From a virus (Duplodnaviria; Caudoviricetes), in the IMG/VR virus record IMGVR_UViG_3300026085_000098, positions 1 through 64,000 of that record: 64,000 bases of DNA; one strand, given 5' to 3'. The translations under genes and the position numbers were made by a program. The notes under the pieces were generated by a model that worked only from the letters and a program-made list of their open reading frames with translations, searched no databases and was not told the DNA's origin. Positions 8,104 through 16,731 of this stretch are shown piece by piece (within the stretch, counting starts at the first letter, position 1; the number at the start of each line of letters is the position of its first letter).

Positions 8104-10330
8104 TATCTTTTATACGCTGCCAAATTGAATTTTCATTTTGTTCCTCATTTTGATTGTAAGATTGTTCCCAAGGAAGTGTGTCAATCTTACCTTTTATATA
8201 TTGGTCTTTCCAAAACTTAATTGTCTGATCTGGATGAAGTCTTTTCCATTCTTGTTTGCTAGTTTGATAACTTAAATCAGTTTCTAGTAAGGCTAGTCTT
8301 TCAGTCCTTTTTTTTTGAATTACTTCTTCAGTGTCTTGCGTATAATCTTGGATTTGTTCATCCAATCCCTCGGTAGAGTTTCCTCCATCATTTCCGGTTC
8401 TAGACTGGGTATTATCTCCCTCATCCTCTCCACTGTCAACGTTGATGTCGTTTGCTTCACTGGTTCCGGTGTTTTCGGCTGATTGAACATCGCTTCGTTC
8501 TTCCTTGTCCTCTCCGGATCGTGTATGTTCATCATGCTGAGTATCATTGCTTTGATTATCAACTTTAAATCCTGTATTGGCTACAATGCGCTCTGCCCTA
8601 GCACGATCATAGTCTTCCCAATATTGCTTATCGATTGGTTTTGGTTTCCTATGGAATTCAAATGTATATTGGCTTGCGATTAGCAATAGAACAGCAAGCG
8701 GATCAAATACAAATATAATTGTAATGATTACCCAACGCACTGCTTCTTCTAGTACATCTCTGTCTGCGTCCTCATAGATAAATTCTGCAATATATTTGAT
8801 TGGACCTACTTCTGCTTCCAGCTTTCTATATTCTGCTTCGATAGCATATTTTTGTTCGGTCATTTCATCAATTAATACATTTGCATCTCTGATACGCTGT
8901 GTCTGTTCGTCGATTATAGCGTCTACATCTGCGCCGCCGTCGACTCTAATTCTGTCTCTTAACCTCTGTATTAAATCATTACTTGCAGCAATTTGTGCAT
9001 CTGCGCTTTCACGTAATTGTTTAATAGAATCTCGTGCTGCATTAATACGAGGATCATCTGCTTGACGCAAGGCAGTGATTTGTTCTTGTGCTGTTTGCCT
9101 TGCGCTCCTATTAGCAGGAATATCTGTGTTTAAAACTGTATCAATTTTGTTCTGTATACTTTGTTTAGCAGTTTTACTATCTTCGATTGCACTAGATCTT
9201 ATGCTGTCAATAGCATCTAGTAAATTTTGCTTTCTAGTGTTAATGTTGTCAGTCTGTGTACCACGCAAGTCTTTCACTAGTTCTGTCAAACGGGTTCTTT
9301 CGTTATCTAGTGTTTGAGTTGCTTGTGTTCTTAAATCTGTTTCTTGTGCTTGTAGTTGAGAAATACGTTCCTGTTGTGCTTCCACCCAAGACTGTAATGC
9401 TCTACGTGTATTACTACCAAACAATCCATCGCTTGTTACACCTATAGTCGCTTGACCTTCCTGTATCTTAGCACGTTCTGTACTTTGCAACTTGTTTGTT
9501 GTTACAACAATTGATTCTTCAATTGCAGCAATTCTAGTTTTTAAACTTTCTATAGCACTTGTGTCTATTTCTAAATTAGAAATACGCTGTTCATACTCGT
9601 TTGCTTGCGCATTAATTCTTTCTAAATCAGCATCTAATTGTGCAATTTGTTCATTGTATGGTTGAACTTGTTCTTCAATACTTGCAACACTAGTGCCGTC
9701 TAATTCCCTACGTAGGTCTAAAACTACGCTATTTAATCTTGTAAGTTCATTATCTAAACTTTTAATTTCGTCATCATAGACTGCAACCCTGTCTTCTAAC
9801 ACTGACAATTGTGTTTGTATAATTGCATTTTGTTCATCGATAGCAGGTTGAATTCTTTGATATGCACTGTCTATGCGCTCTTGTTCTTTGTCAATTTGTG
9901 ATTGTATATCGTCATTCAAATTGCCTGTGCTTGATTCTGCTTTTTGTATTTTTTCTTCCGCACGAACGATTATAGATTCTTGTCTAGCAATTTCAGTTTC
10001 TAGTCTTTCTACTTGTTCTACACTTTCAATGCTTGCACTTGTTTGTTCAATGTGCGCTTTTGACAAGAAGCCAAAAATGCCCATGCTAGTAATAAACATA
10101 AGAACAACAACTGATAGAGCAAGATAGGTTCTAAGCCACCACTTGGCTCTTCCCCAGTAGCGATGTAGCCAAACTGCTGTAACAAGTTTACCAATTTCTA
10201 ATGCACCGCCCATAATCATTATAGGTAAAGCGGCAGCCGCAAATATTGCGACTAGCCCTGCGATACTATAATAAATTGCTACTGCTGAAATTGTTAATGC
10301 AGTAAAAAATACTAAAAAACCTAATACCAT
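8096..10330 (-). CDS. Membrane-anchored long coiled-coil protein with embedded peptidoglycan-binding-like motif
   Basis: About 3 N-terminal hydrophobic helices, a long heptad region, a C-terminal TM segment (VRWVIITIIFVFDPLAVLLLIA) and an acidic tail; internal IGVTSDGLFGSNTRRAL. Confidence 0.65.
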   Translation of the reverse strand: MVLGFLVFFTALTISAVAIYYSIAGLVAIFAAAALPIMIMGGALEIGKLVTAVWLHRYWGRAKWWLRTYLALSVVVLMFITSMGIFGFLSKAHIEQTSASIESVEQVERLETEIARQESIIVRAEEKIQKAESSTGNLNDDIQSQIDKEQERIDSAYQRIQPAIDEQNAIIQTQLSVLEDRVAVYDDEIKSLDNELTRLNSVVLDLRRELDGTSVASIEEQVQPYNEQIAQLDADLERINAQANEYEQRISNLEIDTSAIESLKTRIAAIEESIVVTTNKLQSTERAKIQEGQATIGVTSDGLFGSNTRRALQSWVEAQQERISQLQAQETDLRTQATQTLDNERTRLTELVKDLRGTQTDNINTRKQNLLDAIDSIRSSAIEDSKTAKQSIQNKIDTVLNTDIPANRSARQTAQEQITALRQADDPRINAARDSIKQLRESADAQIAASNDLIQRLRDRIRVDGGADVDAIIDEQTQRIRDANVLIDEMTEQKYAIEAEYRKLEAEVGPIKYIAEFIYEDADRDVLEEAVRWVIITIIFVFDPLAVLLLIASQYTFEFHRKPKPIDKQYWEDYDRARAERIVANTGFKVDNQSNDTQHDEHTRSGEDKEERSDVQSAENTGTSEANDINVDSGEDEGDNTQSRTGNDGGNSTEGLDEQIQDYTQDTEEVIQKKRTERLALLETDLSYQTSKQEWKRLHPDQTIKFWKDQYIKGKIDTLPWEQSYNQNEEQNENSIWQRIKDNE

Positions 10331-10834
10331 TTATTCCCACCTATAAAAAATATGCACACCAATCCTTCCTACTAACTGTAAATCCTTTGCCCATCTTGGC
10401 TCTACGTAGTTGGCATGATAATGAGTAGCACCTTCGGTAATACCTCTGTGTTTTCTATCCCATACCATAAACCATGCAATCTGTTGAGCATCTATCCATG
10501 CATCAGTGTCTTGTGGACGATCTGATTTTCCATCACAATACCAACTAAATTGGCATTGATTGCGTTTCATACTTCCGTCTGGATGTTTGTTTCCTTGCTT
10601 GACGACTTCGCAAATACTATCTGGATATCGTGTATCTTCTACACGATTTATTACCACGTCTGCAACGGCTACTCGGTCTGCGTAATTACTTCCCCTTGTT
10701 TCATAATATATATTTAGTGCGAGACAATACACCTGCGGATGTGTTTTCTCGCTGTATAACTCTGTCTTTTTTGTTGTTGCGTGTACACTTGTTGTAAGCA
10801 TAATCGCAATTAAGCCTAAGATTATTCTTTTCAT
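10331..10834 (-). CDS. Cell wall hydrolase (SleB/Hydrolase_2 family)
   Basis: CLALNIYYETRG, VVINRV, CQFSWYCDGK, GATHYHA and IGVHIFY motifs; signal peptide. Confidence 0.9.
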   Translation of the reverse strand: MKRIILGLIAIMLTTSVHATTKKTELYSEKTHPQVYCLALNIYYETRGSNYADRVAVADVVINRVEDTRYPDSICEVVKQGNKHPDGSMKRNQCQFSWYCDGKSDRPQDTDAWIDAQQIAWFMVWDRKHRGITEGATHYHANYVEPRWAKDLQLVGRIGVHIFYRWE

Positions 10835-10887
10835 TTCTGCCTCGTTTATATATTTAAGTGGTTTTTTGCATGTTTTTTATGCGTAGA

Positions 10888-11250
10888 TTAGTTTCTACGC
10901 ATTTGTGCTATATCTTTAGCATCATCTTTCTTATCTGCAAACACAGGAACCATATTGCTCTTATGCATTGTTGCAACACCTAACAATGTACGCTCGCCTG
11001 AATATACATTGCGTTCTTTTTGTGGTGCATGACCGTCAATACGATCACTAGTTGGAACTGTGTTAGCACTGCGATTACTATAGTCTGGCATTTCGTAACG
11101 ATAGTCTGAACCTTTGCCAGTATAGCCCATAGACGCAAGCCATGTTTCATGCTCTGCTTGCGCACGTTGTAGTCTTTTGTTGTTAGATTTTTTCTGCTTA
11201 CGATTGTACTTGGTTGTGGTCATATATGGACCTACAAGATGCATCGACAT
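10888..11250 (-). CDS. Conserved hypothetical phage protein
   Basis: C-terminal YSGERTLLGVATMHKSNMVPVF motif seen in T4-like phages; AGGAG RBS and its own promoter. Confidence 0.65.
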   Translation of the reverse strand: MSMHLVGPYMTTTKYNRKQKKSNNKRLQRAQAEHETWLASMGYTGKGSDYRYEMPDYSNRSANTVPTSDRIDGHAPQKERNVYSGERTLLGVATMHKSNMVPVFADKKDDAKDIAQMRRN

Positions 11251-11281
11251 AATAAACTCCTAGTTGTGTTACTACTAGTTT

Positions 11282-11309
11282 AATATAGCATCTTAAAATT
11301 ATTTGTCAA
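11282..11309 (-). promoter_or_regulatory. Sigma70-type promoter
   Basis: TTGACA-N16-TATATT. Confidence 0.65.
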
Positions 11310-11862
11310 CCTCTTTAAATCTTACTAATACACTATTCCTATCATAACCTCTCTGCGCAACACTATGATAGGAATCTTCAGTATTTTCAAATACAGTACA
11401 ACTATTGTTTATTAAAGGTAATTCTATAAATGGTTTTCTGTCAACACCATGCAAAATAGTGCCTCCATCAGGACGGTCTGCTACGCTAAAAAAATATTGA
11501 AATGTAAAACTCCGTCCTTTATCATCCCATACATCTCTATGTACTCGCTGAAGTTTCATCCAAGGTCTGTCCCTTTTAAATGAAGGGCCTTGATTTTCTA
11601 ATTTCATTAGTGTTTTTGATCTAAATTTTTCCTGTAATATTGGCGCAAGATCTAAAGCAAAAAAATCAAACAAGTCTCCTTGCGACATACCTTGCCACAT
11701 ACTTTCTTGGTTGTAATTACGCTTTGTCATTTTGTCTTTTTTATATTCCGACTTTATAAGTTTTTGGAATTCTAAAGGAAACAGATCCTTAACTACAAAA
11801 TGAAGGAAAGGATCTGTTTTAAAAGGTTCTTGTAAAATTTTTTCTCTTACATCAACTATCAA
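11299..11862 (-). CDS. 2OG-Fe(II) oxygenase-like protein
   Basis: H-x-D (VHRD), distal His (SYHSV) and Arg (RNSVL). Confidence 0.6.
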   Translation of the reverse strand: MIVDVREKILQEPFKTDPFLHFVVKDLFPLEFQKLIKSEYKKDKMTKRNYNQESMWQGMSQGDLFDFFALDLAPILQEKFRSKTLMKLENQGPSFKRDRPWMKLQRVHRDVWDDKGRSFTFQYFFSVADRPDGGTILHGVDRKPFIELPLINNSCTVFENTEDSYHSVAQRGYDRNSVLVRFKEVDK

Positions 11863-12304
11863 GAACTACAACACCCTCACGTAAAAGCTTTTCTCTGTTG
11901 GCCATGTGTTTCATTTGAATTTCTTCTTTGCTACCGCCAAAGTATGCTACAGCATGTCCCTCTTCAATAAGTATGTCAGTGGCTCTACGTACTTCGCCTT
12001 CCCACTCTTCGACAAGAAAGTCTCCCAAAATTCGTCCGAACTTACCTTTTTTATCTTCTCCGCTTTTATCAATCTCTGTTTTGAGAACTTGAATAGATCC
12101 AATAGGCAATAATTCTTTTAATCTATTTTTACTTGCAAGACCAAAAGCCTTTTCAGTTTCATCTCTTGTTCTAGATTCCGGAGTGTCGATACCCATCATT
12201 CGTACTCTTTCTTTGTGCAGCCAAACACCAAACCCTAAATCTATATCTATGTCAACAGTATCTCCGTCAACTACCCTTAAAATTTTACATTTATATTCAT
12301 ACAT
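11852..12304 (-). CDS. Thermonuclease (SNase-like) family protein
   Basis: RVVDGDTVD, RMMGIDTPE and KFGRILG motifs. Confidence 0.85.
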   Translation of the reverse strand: MYEYKCKILRVVDGDTVDIDIDLGFGVWLHKERVRMMGIDTPESRTRDETEKAFGLASKNRLKELLPIGSIQVLKTEIDKSGEDKKGKFGRILGDFLVEEWEGEVRRATDILIEEGHAVAYFGGSKEEIQMKHMANREKLLREGVVVLDS

Positions 12305-12321
12305 TTTTTTGTATTCCCTCT

Positions 12322-12477
12322 CTAAGCAGCCTTGCCTTGGCCTCTACTTGGCTTGTATGAACGTTTTTTATCTTTATTCATACTACTCAGTTTAATTGAA
12401 CTTTTGGTTTTACCAATACTTGTTTTCTTTTTATATTTTTCTGGTTTCCATACTGCACCAGTTGTACCTTTAGCCAT
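12322..12477 (-). CDS. Small basic hypothetical protein
   Basis: MAKGTTG... with a GGAGAG RBS; K/S-rich. Confidence 0.55.
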   Translation of the reverse strand: MAKGTTGAVWKPEKYKKKTSIGKTKSSIKLSSMNKDKKRSYKPSRGQGKAA

Positions 12478-12799
12478 TGCCCTCTCCCCATTCATCCATA
12501 ATAAATTCTCCAAATGCCTGTCCAAATATCCACATCAGAACCAGCAAATGGGCTGCAATATATATTAACACTGGTATCACAACAAAACTCACCCAACGTG
12601 GCTTTTTTTCTAACCAATGTAATAACTGCTTGATCCTGTTCTTAACACCATCCATCAAATACTTGCCTACTACATAACGTATTACTCGCATTACAATAAG
12701 AATAGGTGAACTCAAAACGTCAAACAGTATTAAAAACAAATCAACAGAGACATCTACTATTGAATCTATGTTTAATTTTTTCTTAATACGTTGCCACAT
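12470..12799 (-). CDS. Hypothetical membrane protein
   Basis: Two hydrophobic segments; translationally coupled to neighbours. Confidence 0.55.
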   Translation of the reverse strand: MWQRIKKKLNIDSIVDVSVDLFLILFDVLSSPILIVMRVIRYVVGKYLMDGVKNRIKQLLHWLEKKPRWVSFVVIPVLIYIAAHLLVLMWIFGQAFGEFIMDEWGEGNG

Positions 12800-12993
12800 C
12801 AGCCAGATGAGAACATATTAATTAGTTCTGGACCAAAGTTTCCTGCTGCCCAACCTAGTGCTACAATAGCAACAACACCCATGACTAACCATTTCATTTT
12901 AAAATCGTCTACGTCCATGCGTAATGCTACAAGTTCATTTCCAAGGATTCGAACACTTACTTCGAGCTTTCCTTTGTCGTCTACCTCTGACAT
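12799..12993 (-). CDS. Small membrane protein
   Basis: One TM segment (WLVMGVVAIVALGWAAG); GAGGGAG RBS and upstream TAAATA. Confidence 0.6.
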   Translation of the reverse strand: MSEVDDKGKLEVSVRILGNELVALRMDVDDFKMKWLVMGVVAIVALGWAAGNFGPELINMFSSG

Positions 12994-13043
12994 AATAATG
13001 ACTCCCTCTTAATATATGTGTATTTATTGTTATATTCACAAAA

Positions 13044-13063
13044 AAAGAGCCCAGAGGCTCTTT
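13044..13063 (-). terminator. Rho-independent terminator after the porin gene
   Basis: AAAGAGCC-CAGA-GGCTCTTT stem flanked by A/T tracts. Confidence 0.75.
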
Positions 13064-13085
13064 CTTTTATTTTATGTTCTATAAA

Positions 13086-13874
13086 TTAGAAACTAAAACT
13101 TACGCCAACTGTTGGAGTAAAGTCTTCTGTGTCTACATTATAGTTTGCACCTGCTGATAGTTCAGCACCGCCAATACCATAAACATACTCACCACCAATG
13201 TTTTGTAGTGTGTCATCTTGATCACCATTAATGTATGCTGTTAGACCCATTGCTTTTGTAACACCTTCAAATGCAAACTTTTCTGCGTCTACATCATATG
13301 TTACTGTGCCGCCTAACGAAGCAACACCTAGATCAAGACCAGAGGCTGATGCACCTACCACAGTGTTTTCACTGTCAAGGTTGTAGTCGCCTGCAACTGT
13401 TAAAGCAAATGCACTTGTGTTGATTGTGTAAGCACCTTGGATGTTTGAGATGTCTGTGATGTCTGCTGTCCAGTCTGTGAAACCAACTGCTACTGCTGCT
13501 GCACCTACAGTCAGTTTAACTGATTCTGCCATTGCTGGTGCTGCTAGTGTTTGCTCACCTTCTGCTCCAACAAATACACCATTGTCATCGCCAATAGCGA
13601 CTCCGATAGCATTTACAGTTGTGCCAACTGTCCAGTTATCAAGAGTAAGTGCACCACCGTCTGTTGCACTCATGTCTAGATCAACAGTTGCTAGACCTGA
13701 TACGTCTACACCTAAGTCCAAACCCATTGCACCACCCCATTTATCTGTTGTAGCGTTTTGTGTGAACTTTAGTTCCACTTCACCTGATAGTACCGGGCCT
13801 GGTACTGCTGGTGTTTCAGCGTATGCCGCGCCTGCGAACATAACTGCTGCTATAATACTAAATACTTTGCGCAT
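13086..13874 (-). CDS. Outer-membrane porin-like beta-barrel (Rhodobacterales type)
   Basis: Signal peptide AYA, alternating amphipathic strands, acidic loops and C-terminal VGVSFSF. Confidence 0.75.
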   Translation of the reverse strand: MRKVFSIIAAVMFAGAAYAETPAVPGPVLSGEVELKFTQNATTDKWGGAMGLDLGVDVSGLATVDLDMSATDGGALTLDNWTVGTTVNAIGVAIGDDNGVFVGAEGEQTLAAPAMAESVKLTVGAAAVAVGFTDWTADITDISNIQGAYTINTSAFALTVAGDYNLDSENTVVGASASGLDLGVASLGGTVTYDVDAEKFAFEGVTKAMGLTAYINGDQDDTLQNIGGEYVYGIGGAELSAGANYNVDTEDFTPTVGVSFSF

Positions 13875-13904
13875 AATATTTCCTTTTTGTTGTGTGTAAA
13901 AATA

Positions 13905-13945
13905 GTGGGCAAGAAGTAGTTGTTCTTGCCCACGTTTTATTTATA
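13905..13945 (-). promoter_or_regulatory. Late promoter followed directly by an 11-bp hairpin in the porin leader
   Basis: TATAAATA at 13945-13938; GTGGGCAAGAA-N7-TTCTTGCCCAC at 13933-13905, followed by TATTTTT. Confidence 0.65.
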
Positions 13946-14010
13946 TAAACTCCATGCTGCAACTGCACAATTATTAAACCAATAGTTACAATTGTTGCAA
14001 ATATACAACA

Positions 14011-14229
14011 TTATCCTCCTACATAAATTCCTTTGCTTGGCTTATACCAAACTTTTTGATGGTGTATACGTCCTAATAGTTCTTGTATCTCATGCATCTC
14101 ATTTTTGAGTTGCTCGGATGTTTCTCCTTGGGCAATAGCAAGACCTCTACGACCTGCTTTTGCTCTAAGGGCATGTTCAATTATTTCAATATCACGAACA
14201 GTCAATTCAAACTTTAGATTCGGTTTCAT
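14011..14229 (-). CDS. Conserved hypothetical phage protein
   Basis: 72-aa ORF (FELTVRDIEIIEHAL...LLGRIHHQKVWYKP). Confidence 0.6.
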   Translation of the reverse strand: MKPNLKFELTVRDIEIIEHALRAKAGRRGLAIAQGETSEQLKNEMHEIQELLGRIHHQKVWYKPSKGIYVGG

Positions 14230-14443
14230 TTAATACTTCTTTCGTTATTTTATTAGCCGGCATACAAGCAACATTTACTATTGTATCGTTGAATCCTGCA
14301 ACATTGATAACTTCTATTGCAAGTCTATCGCTGTTAGCAGGATCGTTGATATATGCTTTACATTGGTTTTGTGTGTCAAATTGTAAACTTTTGATTGCAA
14401 ATGGATCTGCTTCCAACATTGCAAATACGATTAACCACTTCAT
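14207..14443 (-). CDS. Small secreted or membrane hypothetical protein
   Basis: Hydrophobic N-terminus and two Cys; coupled to neighbours. Confidence 0.55.
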   Translation of the reverse strand: MKWLIVFAMLEADPFAIKSLQFDTQNQCKAYINDPANSDRLAIEVINVAGFNDTIVNVACMPANKITKEVLNETESKV

Positions 14444-14649
14444 TTTTTAACATTCAAATTCATTGGAGAATATTGTTCTCCGTTATACCCGCTACCAGTG
14501 CCGTCTACGCCTGAGTTGCAAGCAAATACAACAACACATAAAAAGAAAGCACTCCACAGTGTGGCACGTTTACTCCAAAGGATGAATCCATCCATTGCTT
14601 CTTCTGCTTGTTTTTGTGCTGCTGCTCTTACATCATCACTCATTGACAT
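14440..14649 (-). CDS. Small membrane protein (aa3-type cytochrome oxidase subunit IV-like size and pattern)
   Basis: QAEEAMDGFILWSKRATLW followed by one TM segment; family assignment tentative. Confidence 0.4.
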   Translation of the reverse strand: MSMSDDVRAAAQKQAEEAMDGFILWSKRATLWSAFFLCVVVFACNSGVDGTGSGYNGEQYSPMNLNVKK

Positions 14650-14738
14650 AGATCCTCATACTTGGTAGTATGGGCTCTGTGTAATACACCGTTTGGCAGT
14701 TTTTCAGTGGTGAATAGTTTTAGAAAATATTTTAGCAT
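14640..14738 (-). CDS. 32-aa peptide (not in ORF track)
   Basis: MLKYFLKLFTTEKLPNGVLHRAHTTKYEDLCQ; AGGAG RBS; first gene after a sigma70 promoter. Confidence 0.6.
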   Translation of the reverse strand: MLKYFLKLFTTEKLPNGVLHRAHTTKYEDLCQ

Positions 14739-14761
14739 CTGTGTCTCCTGTGTGTATATAA

Positions 14762-14790
14762 TATATAGCAGGTCAACTGTGTAAAGTCAA
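14762..14790 (-). promoter_or_regulatory. Sigma70-type promoter
   Basis: TTGACT-N17-TATATA. Confidence 0.6.
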
Positions 14791-14819
14791 CCTTACTTGG
14801 GTGTGTAAAATTGTAGCAG

Positions 14820-15164
14820 TTATTCAATATTACGAACTTGCCTTCCGCTATGACACATTTTTATACATAGCGGAGGAGGATTATCACTATTCCATGCTTT
14901 TTCACAACAATGATTTTGATAGTAATCATGATTTACTATATCATATAAATCATAGTAATTTAAATTATTCCAATTAGGATCTTGCTCGAAAGCCTTGGTC
15001 AGTGCTTTATCAGACATTAAAGTGTTATCTGTAGGATGTGCATAACTTTCTACTAGGTAATGACAACAAGGCCATACTTTCCCATCAATGTTAATTTCCC
15101 AATCCCGTTCTATTGCATCATCAAATTCGTTATAACTCATACAATCTATATTATACATAGCCAT
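14820..15164 (-). CDS. Stand-alone SPASM/twitch-like Fe-S domain protein
   Basis: INIDGKVWPCC...PPLCIKMC; GAGGA RBS overlaps the radical SAM stop. Confidence 0.6.
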   Translation of the reverse strand: MAMYNIDCMSYNEFDDAIERDWEINIDGKVWPCCHYLVESYAHPTDNTLMSDKALTKAFEQDPNWNNLNYYDLYDIVNHDYYQNHCCEKAWNSDNPPPLCIKMCHSGRQVRNIE

Positions 15165-15828
15165 ATTCCTCTAATAATGATGTTGCTTCGTCTATAATTA
15201 ATTTATCACACAAACCTTCGGCAGGATTATCTGTCCTGGTAATTTTAAATACTAGTTGCCTTTTTTCAAGCTTTAGTCCTTTAGCAATGCTGACTACTTC
15301 TGGTATTGTTTTGTAGTTCCAATTAAAAAGAATATAATGCCATTCTATTCTGCCGCCGTTTTCATGAAATGCAATCATGTTATCCCATGCTTGTTGGAAC
15401 TTTACACCTTTTCTGTATTTCCAATTCATTTCATGATCTATTCCATCAATGCCAAATGCAATGGTTAGTTTTCTATTCTTTTTTGCCTGCGCTGCATACC
15501 AGTTCGGTCGACGTATCCCCCCGTTTGTATTAATTAGAACACCATTTACTATATTATAGTCAAAAGCAATATCCAAAATTTCGTCTATACAAGGATGCAT
15601 CATAGGATCACCTAACTCTCCGCATAGTTGTAATTGGCCAAACTTTTGCCATTTAGTGTAGCCACTATCTAAAAATTTTTTAAAGTTAGATGGGTCCATG
15701 TGAAATTGATTTTTTTTAATCCAATTAGAAGGAGTACCGTCTTCGTTATTTCTTTGACACCCTGCACAGAAGGCTTGACAATAACTTGAAATAGTTATAT
15801 CAAAAGAGTTAATTTGTTTTTTTACCAT
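15151..15828 (-). CDS. Radical SAM protein
   Basis: CQAFCAGC (CxxxCxxC), GELGDP, INTNGG and FGIDG motifs. Confidence 0.85.
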   Translation of the reverse strand: MVKKQINSFDITISSYCQAFCAGCQRNNEDGTPSNWIKKNQFHMDPSNFKKFLDSGYTKWQKFGQLQLCGELGDPMMHPCIDEILDIAFDYNIVNGVLINTNGGIRRPNWYAAQAKKNRKLTIAFGIDGIDHEMNWKYRKGVKFQQAWDNMIAFHENGGRIEWHYILFNWNYKTIPEVVSIAKGLKLEKRQLVFKITRTDNPAEGLCDKLIIDEATSLLEEYGYV

Positions 15829-15844
15829 TAAGCCTACTATATGT

Positions 15845-16152
15845 TATGCCACTTTCTGTTGCTAGGCTGTGGCCGCCCCCTTAATTATGCTGCTAGAGCG
15901 TAACCAGAAGGTGCAAAGTTTGAATTTGCATCTAGTTTTTTTGACCAATAACGCAGTCATCCGGTTAACTCCACTTCACTTTCACACCTGTCGATCCCAT
16001 GTCAGGCCCATCATAAACGCACTTTCTTGGCTCGGTCAGGAGTTGTGTGCTGCACCACACCTATTATGCAGATAGGCGAAATGCGTTTATGGTGGACCTG
16101 CCCGGAATTGAACCGGGGTCCAGTATGTGTCCACGTTGCTTCAACGCTAACA
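15845..16152 (-). ncRNA. ssrA: Circularly permuted (two-piece) tmRNA
   Basis: T-arm CCCGG-TTCAATT-CCGGG, then CAGGTCC-A-CCA (16100-16090), precedes the 5' acceptor strand GGGCCTG (16009-16003), giving a G3-U70 Ala identity pair. Tag frame 15929-15885 encodes ANSNFAPSGYALAA-stop. TATAAATA at 16163-16156. Outer ends are approximate. Confidence 0.93.
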
Positions 16153-16154
16153 GT

Positions 16155-16724
16155 TTATTTATAAAGTCTATATTTTATAGTGTCAACCACTCTTTTACTT
16201 AAAACAATTTCGTAATGGTTTCTATCAATTGTTGTGTATTCTACATCGCCTCTGCAAGTCATTGAATGTCGTGTAACAATACCATCATTCTTTCCTGATA
16301 ACCAAGGAACATCACCTGTTGTAGTAACAATTTGTAACCAAGGAACTTTTATTGAAAGTTTTCTACTGCCTTTTATAAACGCACTATGTGGCGTAATGTC
16401 TCTAAATAATTGGTATCCTGGATTAAGTAAACCTCCCCAAGTTGCTATCTCGCTACCATTAAACGGTGTAGCAAGGCTAACTACACCTTTGATGTCAAAT
16501 AAATTTTGTAAGTACGTTGCATATACTCCGCCTAAACTATGTGCAATGATACTAAAAGGCCCCTTGTTTTCCTTTAGGATTTCTTTCATTTCATCTAGAT
16601 TTTCTTCAGCAGTTGTTTCTTTATCATAATTCAGAAAAATAGGATCTTTTGCTTTTATTTCTTTTTGAATATAAGCAAAACTTCTTTCGCTTGCTGTAGC
16701 GCCATGTATGAAAATTGTTTTCAT
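16155..16724 (-). CDS. Alpha/beta hydrolase
   Basis: FIHG, AHSLGG nucleophile elbow, LATPFNGS, DGIV and catalytic His (RNHY). Confidence 0.85.
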   Translation of the reverse strand: MKTIFIHGATASERSFAYIQKEIKAKDPIFLNYDKETTAEENLDEMKEILKENKGPFSIIAHSLGGVYATYLQNLFDIKGVVSLATPFNGSEIATWGGLLNPGYQLFRDITPHSAFIKGSRKLSIKVPWLQIVTTTGDVPWLSGKNDGIVTRHSMTCRGDVEYTTIDRNHYEIVLSKRVVDTIKYRLYK

Positions 16725-16731
16725 ATATTAT

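Noticed and set aside
16088-16125. Apparent tRNA-Ala 3' half
   Set aside because: There is no anticodon arm; the matching 5' strand lies downstream and is followed by an ALAA tag frame, so it is the tmRNA acceptor piece.
15845-16152. tmRNA as a prophage attachment site or host chromosome boundary
   Set aside because: No integrase or duplicated 3' end is present; phage-type genes and promoters continue on both sides, and the RNA has a phage late promoter.
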